From NCBI GenBank assembly GCA_964576115.1, contig CAZNUA010000008.1, positions 1-64,000 on the forward strand: 64,000 nucleotides of DNA, read 5' to 3'. Each line of letters opens with the position of its first letter. The first letter of the stretch is position 1. The DNA comes from an uncultured Gemmatimonadota bacterium. GTDB lineage: Bacteria > Blakebacterota > Blakebacteria > Blakebacterales > Blakebacteraceae. Below are positions 39,054 to 47,655 of the stretch, piece after piece. The notes below the pieces were generated by a model. That model searched no databases and was not told the origin of the DNA. It worked only from the letters and a program-made list of their open reading frames with translations. Position numbers and translations under genes: made by a program.

Positions 39054-40670
39054 ATGCCCATACCAAAAGACGAACTGGCCCGCGCCAACCGGGAACTGAA
39101 TGACGCCGATGTCTTCACGATCCTGCGCTGGGCCGACGGGACCTTCCCCAACGACGTCGCCATCACCACCGCTTTCGGGTACAGCGGGCTGGTCCTGCTC
39201 CACCACGCCATCCAGATCATGCCCGACATGCCGGTCTACTTCATCGACACCGGCTGGCACTTCCCCGAAACCCTGGAGTTCTGCGAGCGGCTGCGCTCCG
39301 AATGGGATCTGAAACTGGAGATCATCACCCCGGCCAAGCCGAAGTCCGAACTGATCTCCGAACTCGGTCCCGAACCGTACACGTCGAACCCCGACCTCTG
39401 CTGCCATCACTGCAAGGTCGAGCCCCTGCTCCACTTCGTGCACAACTCCACCGCCTGGCTTTCGGGCATCAGGCGCGACCAGAGCAAGACGCGGGCGGGC
39501 ATCGATATCGTCGAGGTCGACGGCCGCGGCGTGGTCAAGGTCTCTCCCATGGCCAACTGGACCCGGGAGCAGACCTGGGAGTACATCCACCAGCACGAAC
39601 TGCCCTATCATCCGCTGCACGACCAGGGCTACCCCAGCATCGGCTGTCAACCCTGCACCCTGCCGGTCACCGCCGGCGGCGACGAGCGCGACGGCCGCTG
39701 GCCCTTCATGCAGAAGATGGAATGCGGCATCCACCTGGTCGAAGAAGAGGTCGTGACCGGTCCGCGGCCCCGCATCCTGGTCGCTTCGGCCATCGCTGAT
39801 GACGCCGTCTCGCGTCTGCGCGAACGGTTCGACGTGGATGTGATCCCGACCTCCGACGAAGACGAACTGCTGGCCAAGATCCCCGACTACGACGGTCTCA
39901 TCGTGCGCAGCAAACCCAAGGTATCGAAACGGGTCATGGCGGCGGGCGGCAAGCTGAAGGTCGTGGGCCGCGCCGGCGTGGGTCTGGACAACATCGATCT
40001 CGAAGCCGCCGAAAAGCAGGGCATCGCGGTCGTCAACTCGCCGGCGGCCTCGACCGCCTCGGCCGCCGAACTCGTCTTCGCCCACATCCTGGCCTTCACC
40101 CGCCGGGTCACCCAGGCCGATGCCTCGCTCAAGAGCAACCAGTGGATCAAGAGCCGTCTGAGCGGTTTCGAAATGGTCGGCAAGACGATCGGCATCGTCG
40201 GCTGCGGCCGGATCGGCGGGCACGTGGCCAAGATCGCCCGGGGCTTCGGCATGCGGGTGCTGGCTCACGACGTGGAGCAGAACAACGACCTGGTCCGGGA
40301 CTTCGCGGTCGAGTACACCGACCTGGTGAATCTGCTCCGCCGCTCCGACATCGTCAGCCTGCACGTGCCCATGTTGGCCGAAACGCGGCACCTGATCTCG
40401 ACCGAGGAGTTCAAGTTGATGAAGAGCTCGGCGATTCTGGTCAACGTGGCCCGCGGCGGAGTGGTGGACGAGAAGGCCCTCTACGACGCCCTCGTGACCG
40501 ACGAGATCGCCGGCGCCTGCCTCGACGTCTTCGAGACCGAGCCGCCCTTCGACAATCCCCTGCTCACCCTCGAGAACGTGCTCGTCACCCCCCATCTGGG
40601 GGCCAGCACCGCCGAGGCGCAGAAGAAGGCGGGAATGATCGTGGCCGAGGCTATGATGCGGATTCTCTGA
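39054..40670 (+). CDS. Fusion: [4Fe-4S] APS/PAPS reductase (CysH) + D-3-phosphoglycerate dehydrogenase-like (SerA) domain
   Basis: N-half: TAFG, FIDTG.HF.ET, CC..K, G.RRDQ..R, YPSIGCQPCT, ER.GRW, ECGIH. C-half: LIVRS, GRAGVGLDNID, GCGRIG, NVARG, LDVFETEP, TPHLGAST. One continuous frame. Confidence 0.9.
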   Translation: MPIPKDELARANRELNDADVFTILRWADGTFPNDVAITTAFGYSGLVLLHHAIQIMPDMPVYFIDTGWHFPETLEFCERLRSEWDLKLEIITPAKPKSELISELGPEPYTSNPDLCCHHCKVEPLLHFVHNSTAWLSGIRRDQSKTRAGIDIVEVDGRGVVKVSPMANWTREQTWEYIHQHELPYHPLHDQGYPSIGCQPCTLPVTAGGDERDGRWPFMQKMECGIHLVEEEVVTGPRPRILVASAIADDAVSRLRERFDVDVIPTSDEDELLAKIPDYDGLIVRSKPKVSKRVMAAGGKLKVVGRAGVGLDNIDLEAAEKQGIAVVNSPAASTASAAELVFAHILAFTRRVTQADASLKSNQWIKSRLSGFEMVGKTIGIVGCGRIGGHVAKIARGFGMRVLAHDVEQNNDLVRDFAVEYTDLVNLLRRSDIVSLHVPMLAETRHLISTEEFKLMKSSAILVNVARGGVVDEKALYDALVTDEIAGACLDVFETEPPFDNPLLTLENVLVTPHLGASTAEAQKKAGMIVAEAMMRIL

Positions 40671-41562
40671 GCCGGACGGTACAGCAGACTTCGGTCCCCC
40701 CCGCCCGATACTCGATGGCATCGAAGCTGACCATATTGGCCATGGCGATACCCCGGCCGTGATTGTCGGTCACCCGATCGGGATCGAGCTGCATATAGGG
40801 AGCCGGATCGAACCCCTCGCCCTCGTCACGGATGATCAGGCGCAGTTCGGTAGCGGTCCGCTCGTAACTGACGCGGACCGTGCGGTCGGCATGATCGGAA
40901 TCGTGCAGGAGTGACTCGATTTCTTCCCGCCATCTTCCCTGCCGGGTCAGCTCGGTCTTGCGCTCGTATCCGATTCCCAGATTGCCGTGTTCCACGGCGT
41001 TGACGAGCAGTTCCGAAAGCCCCAGAACCACATTGTCGGGCTCGGGGTAGAAGGCGGCGATGAACACCGCCAGATCCTGCGCCTGTTCGAGGGTGCGGAA
41101 CTCGAAGGTGGCGCCTGAAACCAGACCGAGCATCTGCCGGTTCCGGTCGACCTCGGTCCTGAGCATCGACTGATAGCGATAATCCCGAACGGCGGTCTCG
41201 ACGATCGAGAGCAGAATATCCACATGGAAGGGTTTGGTAATGTAGTAATAGGCGCCGGCGTCGATCCCCTCGACGATCTCGTGGCGGGCCCTGGCGGCCG
41301 TTTCCATGATGACCGGTATGCGTTGTTTGGCCGGATCGTCCTTGATTCGCCGCAGCAGTTCCAGACCGTCCAGACGGGGCATCCGGCGGTCGAGGAGAAC
41401 GGCGTCGATGACGCTGTCGTGCTCGTCGAGCAGTTCCCAGCCCGCCATCCCGTCTCGGGCCAGGAGGACCTCGTAGTTGTTCTTCGTCAGGGCGGTTTCG
41501 AGCAGTTTCAGAATAACGGGATCGTCATCAACGGCCAGAACGGTGCCGTTGTACTCGGGCAT
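40651..41562 (-). CDS. Response-regulator receiver + HATPase_c (RsbW/SpoIIAB-like Ser kinase) protein
   Basis: VDDD, LDRRMP, KPF; ELLVNAVEHGN, DEGEGFD, HGRG. Confidence 0.88.
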   Translation of the reverse strand: MPEYNGTVLAVDDDPVILKLLETALTKNNYEVLLARDGMAGWELLDEHDSVIDAVLLDRRMPRLDGLELLRRIKDDPAKQRIPVIMETAARARHEIVEGIDAGAYYYITKPFHVDILLSIVETAVRDYRYQSMLRTEVDRNRQMLGLVSGATFEFRTLEQAQDLAVFIAAFYPEPDNVVLGLSELLVNAVEHGNLGIGYERKTELTRQGRWREEIESLLHDSDHADRTVRVSYERTATELRLIIRDEGEGFDPAPYMQLDPDRVTDNHGRGIAMANMVSFDAIEYRAGGTEVCCTVRLRESAS

Positions 41563-42718
41563 GGTCGGTCTCCTTGCGTCGAGACGTCCACTCACGACCG
41601 TACACCAGATCGTCGCACAGACGGGCGATATGACGCAGCCATGGATTCAGCTTGATGATCGCCCGCACCAGATTGTGGAACCAGGTATCGCGGTGCGAGA
41701 AGGGACAGATCGCCATGCAGATTCCGCAGTCGGTTCCCACCTGTCTCCAGTAGGCATAGCACCGCTCGACCGCAGTCGTCCACTTCTCAACCCCGCGGTC
41801 CACCGGCCGGGCTCCGGTCTCGAGAGCGTGGGCGGGGCAGTTTTCGGCGCACTTGCGGCAGATCCGGCAGAAATGGTCCACCCCCAGGTGAACCGGCCGG
41901 TCGTAGCGGACCGGCAGATCGGTCGTCACCGCCCCGAGGCGAACCCGGCTGCCGTACCGGTCGGCGATGAGAATATTGTTCCGGCCGACTTCACCCAGAC
42001 CGGCAGCTGCAGCCAGCGGCGGCAGGATCAGATCCCAGTGGGCGTCGTAGTGGGCCTTCGCCTGCCAGCCTGACTGTTGCAGGGCCGCCGCCACGGTCCG
42101 GGCGATGACCGCCCCCCGCCGATACTGCCGGGCCGATTCCCGGACCACCTCGGCCTGCGGCGCGCGCCTCATGGCTTTGAACTCCATTTCGAGCAGAAAG
42201 AGAATCACGGCGGGATGATCGAGGTCGATCGGCGTACCGTATTCGTCGTCGAAACGCCCCTTGTGGGTGTAGACCCAGGCCTTTCGCAGCGGGGTGCATC
42301 CCACCGCCACGGCCCCCAGACCGGTGATGATCGACCGGACGGTCCGGTCGGGATCGCCGCCGGCGCACAGCTCCGCCGTCAGACGGTCCACCTGGTCCCG
42401 ATCGGGTTCGAACGTCTCGATGGCCTCGAAATGCCGCTCGGCCTCCGCACTCAGGACAGGATCGTAGTGGGTCGCCCCCGGTTTCAGGAACGGCGTCATG
42501 GCCCGGATGCGGTCATCGGTCGCCTTCCACTCAGGCCGGCGGGCGTAAAAATCGTCGTAGGCGGGTGTCCCCCCCGAGCGGTTGATCCGGCTGAACATCA
42601 CCTCGCGTTCGTCGACCCGTTCATCCGGCTCGGCCGGCCCCCGGCGCCGGCGCAGCGGATCGAGAGGGAAGAAAAGGCAGACGAGTGCGCCTGCGGTGAC
42701 GATCAGAACAGTTGACAT
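41528..42718 (-). CDS. Reductive-dehalogenase/QueG-like cobalamin Fe-S protein with N-terminal membrane anchor
   Basis: AAAGLGEVGR, YGSRVRL..VTTDLP, FCRICRKCAENCP, CYAYW...DCGICMAICPF; GGAGG RBS before ATG 42718. Confidence 0.82.
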   Translation of the reverse strand: MSTVLIVTAGALVCLFFPLDPLRRRRGPAEPDERVDEREVMFSRINRSGGTPAYDDFYARRPEWKATDDRIRAMTPFLKPGATHYDPVLSAEAERHFEAIETFEPDRDQVDRLTAELCAGGDPDRTVRSIITGLGAVAVGCTPLRKAWVYTHKGRFDDEYGTPIDLDHPAVILFLLEMEFKAMRRAPQAEVVRESARQYRRGAVIARTVAAALQQSGWQAKAHYDAHWDLILPPLAAAAGLGEVGRNNILIADRYGSRVRLGAVTTDLPVRYDRPVHLGVDHFCRICRKCAENCPAHALETGARPVDRGVEKWTTAVERCYAYWRQVGTDCGICMAICPFSHRDTWFHNLVRAIIKLNPWLRHIARLCDDLVYGREWTSRRKETDHARVQRHRSGR

Positions 42719-42892
42719 GGCCTCCAATCTGCCTCCGGCTTCCGGTCGTGGCCAGTCCGGATTCCGGCCCGCCCCCGGATCCTGCAGCCGCAGGAGGATG
42801 CAGGCGGTGTTATTCTCCTGCCTCGGCACCCCGGCATGGGGTATCATGAACCGGTGCGTCCGAGGTGCAACCCGCAGCGGGAGAGAGGGACT

Positions 42893-44419
42893 GTGGCACG
42901 GAGCGGAGCAGAGAAGTCGGTCATCGTCATCGGAGCCGGTCCGGGGGGGCTGACAGCGGCCATGATCCTGGCCCACCGCGGCTTCCGGGTGACCGTACTG
43001 GAAAAGCGCGACCGGGTCGGGGGCCGCAACGGCGAGTTACGGGTCGGCGAGTACAGTCACGACATCGGCCCGACCTTCCTGATGATGAAGTTCCTGCTCG
43101 ACAGCATTTTCGAGATCACCGGCCGCCGGGTTGAGGATTACATGGAGTTCCGGCTTCTCGATCCGATGTACGAACTCGTCCACGACGGCTACTCGTTTTT
43201 CCCCACTTCCGATCGGGAGAAGATGCGGGCCGAAGTGGCACGGGTTTTCCCCGGCCAGGAAGCGGGCTATGAGACCTTCATGAAGCGCGAGCAGGTCCGC
43301 TTCAACCGTATGTACCCCTGCCTGCAGAAGCACTACTCGACCCTGGGCTCCTATCTCGATCCGGTCCTGGTGCGGGCCATGCCGCACCTGGCGTTCACCA
43401 AATCGCTCTACGGCGTGCTCTCGCGCTACTTCGGCCCCGAGGCAATGCGGATCAGCTTCACCTTTCAATCGAAATATCTCGGCATGTCGCCCTGGTCGTG
43501 CCCGGGGGCTTTCGCGATCATCCCCTTCATCGAGCACGGCTACGGGATCTGGCACGTGCAGGGCGGGCTCTGCCGCATATCCGACGGCATGGCCCGGGTC
43601 GTCGAAGAAGAGGGGGGCGAGATCCGTCTCGAGACCCCGGTCAGGAAAATCATCACCGAGGGCCGGTCGGCCCGCGGGGTCGAACTGACCGACGGCACCC
43701 GGCTCGAAGCCGACGATGTGATCATCAACGCCGATTTCGCTCACGCCATGACGCACCTGACCGAACCGGGCCAGGTACGCAAGTACACTCCCGCCGACCT
43801 CGACCGCCGGGAGTACTCCTGCTCGACCTACATGCTCTACCTGGGTCTGGACACCCTGTACGAGATGCCCCACCACACCATCGTCTTCGCGTCCGATTAC
43901 GAGCGGAACCTCGATGAGATCGCCAACCGTAAAGTGCTCTCCGAGGATTTCAGCTTCTACGTGCGCAACGCGTCGGTCACCGATCCGCATATCGCCCCGG
44001 CCGGTCACAGCTCGGTCTATATCCTGGTGCCGGTGCCCAACAACCAGAGCACAATCGACTGGGACTCTGAAGCCGGTCCCTTCCGCGAGCGGGTACTCTC
44101 AGCCATCGAGAAGCGCACCGCCATGACCGATCTGCGCCGGCACATCGTCTCCGAAGAGGTCATCCACCCCGGCACCTGGGAAAGCGAGCGGGATGTTTAC
44201 TGCGGGGCAACCTTCAACCTGGCGCACAGCCTGAACCAGATGCTCTACCTGCGGCCGCGCAACCGCTTCGAGGAATGGGATCACTGCTATCTGGTTGGAG
44301 GAGGCACCCACCCCGGGAGCGGTCTGCCGACGATCTACGAATCGGGCCGCATCTCGGCCGACATGCTCTCGAAGCGTTACGGTTATCCGGTCGATCCGCC
44401 GCTCCCCCTGCCGGAGTGA
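42893..44419 (+). CDS. Phytoene desaturase family (CrtI/CrtN-like) FAD oxidoreductase
   Basis: VIGAGPGGL, LEK..VGGR, DIGPT, GG...I, NAD, YLVGGGTHPGSGLP. Confidence 0.9.
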   Translation: MARSGAEKSVIVIGAGPGGLTAAMILAHRGFRVTVLEKRDRVGGRNGELRVGEYSHDIGPTFLMMKFLLDSIFEITGRRVEDYMEFRLLDPMYELVHDGYSFFPTSDREKMRAEVARVFPGQEAGYETFMKREQVRFNRMYPCLQKHYSTLGSYLDPVLVRAMPHLAFTKSLYGVLSRYFGPEAMRISFTFQSKYLGMSPWSCPGAFAIIPFIEHGYGIWHVQGGLCRISDGMARVVEEEGGEIRLETPVRKIITEGRSARGVELTDGTRLEADDVIINADFAHAMTHLTEPGQVRKYTPADLDRREYSCSTYMLYLGLDTLYEMPHHTIVFASDYERNLDEIANRKVLSEDFSFYVRNASVTDPHIAPAGHSSVYILVPVPNNQSTIDWDSEAGPFRERVLSAIEKRTAMTDLRRHIVSEEVIHPGTWESERDVYCGATFNLAHSLNQMLYLRPRNRFEEWDHCYLVGGGTHPGSGLPTIYESGRISADMLSKRYGYPVDPPLPLPE

Positions 44420-44472
44420 AAGCCCTCAAACCGTGGCCTGCAACCGGCGGACGGGAGGACGGCAAAGAGTGA

Positions 44473-45798
44473 TCACTGCCCCCGGTGATCGCGGTGGAAA
44501 GCTTCCAGGCGGTGTCGCAGTTCGGGTACCTGTTCCAGTGAGGTGAGCGAAACGCAGGCCCGGATCCCCTCTCCGACATGGCTCCCGGTGGTGTTCAGAC
44601 CGATGGCGCTGATGCCGTAATAGATCAGTTCCTCGACCAGTCCGGCGCAGTCGAAACCGGGATAGGTAACGGTGAAATAAAAGCCGTCGGCCAGCGGTTC
44701 GCCCAGATCGTTGTCGTACACCAGGCTGAAGCCGTTCTCGAGGAAAGCGGCTTTCATGGCCTCGGCCCGGCGGGCGTACTCGCGCACCGGTTCGGTGAAG
44801 CGGAAGTCCCCCTCGACGGCCGCCCGCAGGATCGCCGCCAGGCCGTACTGCGGACCTTCCGGCACGCCGGCGGTGGTGGGGTAGATCCCGCCGGCAACGA
44901 AGGCGTAGCCGGGACTCGAGGTGCCGAAGTAGCGGGCCAGATTCTCCGATTCCTCGTCGAAGAGCGCCGGGCTGACAACCGCCAGGGCGACCCGCTGTCC
45001 GGCATAGGAAAAGATCTTCGAGGAGGAGATCAGCAGAACGTACTGATCGGTGTAGCGGGCCACCGTGGGCTGATAGGGCGGCTCGAAAGGCACGCCGTAC
45101 TCGGCCCGGAAATCCATACCGAAGTAGGCCAGGTCCTCGATGGCCAGAACACCGTACTCGCTGCAGAGCCGACCGATCCCCTCGAGTTCCGATTCCTTGA
45201 AACAGACCCAGGAGGGGTTGTTGGGATTGCTGTAGAGCAAACCGCCGACCCGCCCGGTGGCGAAGTGCTTTTCAACTGCCGCCACCAGGTCGTCACCCCG
45301 GCAGGAATGCACGTCGATCGAGTCGTTCTCGAGTCCCCACACCCGGCACTGCAGTTTGTTGACCGGGAAACCCGGATCGAGAAAAAGAATGGTGTCGCGG
45401 CCGGGCAGCCGCCGTCCGGCGATACCCATGCTGATGAAACCGCCGTGCATGGCCCCGACGGTCGGGATACAGCACTCCGCCGGCAGATCGAGATCAAGGA
45501 AGGCCCGGACGAAATTTCGGCCGGCCTCTTTGAGAACCGGCACCCCGTCGAAGGGAGCATAGACCCGGGCCAGTCCCCGCTCGCGCAGGGCCTCGATCTC
45601 GGCCTCGATGGCGATCGGATTCGGTTCCAGACCGGGCACACCGAGTTCCATCCGGATGAAGGACAGGCCGGTGCTCTCCTCGATGGCGCTGATGATCCGG
45701 TTCACTTCACGGATCGACGCGTTACCGACCGCAATGCCGTGCTCGGCGATGATGCCGTCGACGACTGTCCGCTCGAGAGGAACGGGCTGGAAGGACAT
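44473..45798 (-). CDS. PLP-dependent aminotransferase class I/II
   Basis: RMELGVPG, YSNPNNP, EDLAY, SSSKIFSYAGQR, GIRAC. Confidence 0.88.
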   Translation of the reverse strand: MSFQPVPLERTVVDGIIAEHGIAVGNASIREVNRIISAIEESTGLSFIRMELGVPGLEPNPIAIEAEIEALRERGLARVYAPFDGVPVLKEAGRNFVRAFLDLDLPAECCIPTVGAMHGGFISMGIAGRRLPGRDTILFLDPGFPVNKLQCRVWGLENDSIDVHSCRGDDLVAAVEKHFATGRVGGLLYSNPNNPSWVCFKESELEGIGRLCSEYGVLAIEDLAYFGMDFRAEYGVPFEPPYQPTVARYTDQYVLLISSSKIFSYAGQRVALAVVSPALFDEESENLARYFGTSSPGYAFVAGGIYPTTAGVPEGPQYGLAAILRAAVEGDFRFTEPVREYARRAEAMKAAFLENGFSLVYDNDLGEPLADGFYFTVTYPGFDCAGLVEELIYYGISAIGLNTTGSHVGEGIRACVSLTSLEQVPELRHRLEAFHRDHRGQ

Positions 45799-45950
45799 GG
45801 GGCAGCCTCCGTGGTGCGAGCCGGGAACGCAGAAGCGGGGCAGGCGACGGGCGCCGGGGCGCAGATGCGCCGGAGCGCCTCCGGCAATGTAATACGGGCT
45901 CACCGTCAGCGGCAATTCCCCTTCCCGGTTCTCTCCCCTATTATGCAGGC

Positions 45951-46310
45951 ATGGATCTCGAACAGCTGGCCGAAGAGTGCGATATCGAATTCACCCGCAC
46001 GGGGGGACCCGGGGGGCAGCACCGCAACCGCTCCTCGACTGCGGTGCGCCTGACCCACCGCCCGACCGGTATCAGCGTGGTGGCCGGTGATTCCCGCTCG
46101 CAGTACCAGAACCGTCTGGCCGCCCTCGAGCGGCTGTCCGAAAAACTCGACGCCCTCGAGCGTGAGCGCCGCGAGACCGAACGCCGGAAGAAACGGAAGA
46201 AACGAGCCTTCCGCGCCGACCGTGAAAAGCGCCTGCGCGAAAAAAAGGAACGGGCGCGGAAGAAAGCGCTCAGAACCCGGATCCGGCCCTCGGACGCCGA
46301 CCGGATCTGA
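45951..46310 (+). CDS. RF-1-domain peptidyl-tRNA hydrolase (ArfB/YaeJ-like ribosome rescue factor)
   Basis: GGPGGQHRN, VRLTHRPTG, RSQYQN, and a strongly basic C-terminal tail. Confidence 0.88.
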   Translation: MDLEQLAEECDIEFTRTGGPGGQHRNRSSTAVRLTHRPTGISVVAGDSRSQYQNRLAALERLSEKLDALERERRETERRKKRKKRAFRADREKRLREKKERARKKALRTRIRPSDADRI

Positions 46311-46327
46311 CCCCGGGGAGGATACCC

Positions 46328-46753
46328 ATGTCATTCGGACTCGATCCGCTGCAGCAGGACCGCACCGATTCCCTCTGGACAATCAGGGATACGATCGGCC
46401 TGATTCTGCTCGCCATCGGAGCCTTCATCGGGATATGGATCTTCGTGCAGGTCATGCAGCTATTCCGGGATCCGTTGACGATGGATGTGTTCCGTGCCCT
46501 GGTCAGCGGCGATCTCCTCCTCACCCCGGCCCGCAGTGCCAATCCGGGCCTGCAGGTACCCCGGGAGTTTCTCAGCTACCTGATCGTGATCTTCCTGCTG
46601 ATGGTCGCCACTGGGGTGGCCAAGGCATTCATCACCGGGGGCGTCAGCCTCCTCACCGGCGACCTGCAGCGGATGATCAAACGGCTGACCGGCCGGTTCG
46701 AAGAACAGTTGAGCGGCGTAAAGGATTCGATCCGTCGCCAGTTCCCCCAGTAG
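46328..46753 (+). CDS. Small hypothetical membrane protein (2 TM)
   Basis: GGAGG RBS, two hydrophobic segments, fills the gap between neighbours. Confidence 0.7.
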   Translation: MSFGLDPLQQDRTDSLWTIRDTIGLILLAIGAFIGIWIFVQVMQLFRDPLTMDVFRALVSGDLLLTPARSANPGLQVPREFLSYLIVIFLLMVATGVAKAFITGGVSLLTGDLQRMIKRLTGRFEEQLSGVKDSIRRQFPQ

Positions 46754-46778
46754 CGGATCTATCAATGCTCCAGGTTTA

Positions 46779-47459
46779 TTATCTCCGCGAGAACCGCTCC
46801 GAGTAGGAATGCAGCGTATAGAGCGCCGCCAGCGGATTATGCCCCATGACCCTGTCCTTGGCCGCGAAGACGGTGACCGGGGCCACCGAGTGTTTGAAAA
46901 AGAGCGAATCGTGCCCCACGCAGAGGCCGATCAGAATGTTGAAATCGGTGCCGGCTTCGTTCAGGACCAGGGCCTGGGCGATCGGACTGCACATCGATTC
47001 GAATTCCCCGATCCGGATCTTCTCGGTATCGCGGATACCGATCGTCTCTTTCGGCGTGCAGCCCACCTTGCAGACGATCGAGACCGTTTCGAAGCCGGCG
47101 GCCTCCAGCGCCTCTTCGAGCAGAGCGGCTTCGCCGTGCAGGCCGGCGCAGAAGGCGATTCCCAGCCGCCTGAAGTTCATCTTGCGGGCGAAGTCGATGA
47201 TCTCCTCCAGGCGCGGTTTGATGGGATGCTTGATATACGGTTTCTGCTCGCGGTTGCCGTAGCCCTCGGCTTCCTGGATCGACGCCTGGCGGGCGAACTC
47301 GCGGATGTCGGGGTCCTCGTAGCGGGCCGTGGCCCGTTCCACGACCTCCTTCATCTTCACCGTCGGGCAGGTCCCGGGGCCGGTTCCCTCGGGGGTCCGG
47401 CAGATTCGATCGGCGGCTTGTACGGCGCAGCTGGCGCATCGGGGCAGTTCTGAGGCCAT
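46779..47459 (-). CDS. DUF1847 family Cys-rich putative metal-binding protein
   Basis: CASC..C..CP; RLEE...GIAFC.GL; CKVG; MCSPIAQA; GLCVGHDSLF; KDRV.GHNP. Confidence 0.85.
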   Translation of the reverse strand: MASELPRCASCAVQAADRICRTPEGTGPGTCPTVKMKEVVERATARYEDPDIREFARQASIQEAEGYGNREQKPYIKHPIKPRLEEIIDFARKMNFRRLGIAFCAGLHGEAALLEEALEAAGFETVSIVCKVGCTPKETIGIRDTEKIRIGEFESMCSPIAQALVLNEAGTDFNILIGLCVGHDSLFFKHSVAPVTVFAAKDRVMGHNPLAALYTLHSYSERFSRR

Positions 47460-47655
47460 CGTTCGTCTCCTTGCCTGTTCGACGGTCGTGCAGGTTCGAT
47501 GATTCTCTACGATACGTTGCGATTGCGCGCAAGACGACGCCAAAGCGGGCGGCCCGGGCCCCGCTTGCGCCGGGGGTGCGGGCGGGAATAGACTCCGATA
47601 CAGCCCGTCGCGGCCCGGCGCCGGCATCGACCCGACACCCGCAGGAGTACTGCTG

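Noticed and set aside
37611-40721. 1036-aa minus-strand ORF, and similar long ORFs such as 97-1695+, 1635-3560-, 14940-17234-, 46837-49662- and 50531-52756-
   Set aside because: Antisense shadows of well-supported genes; expected from high-GC codon bias; no recognisable motifs.
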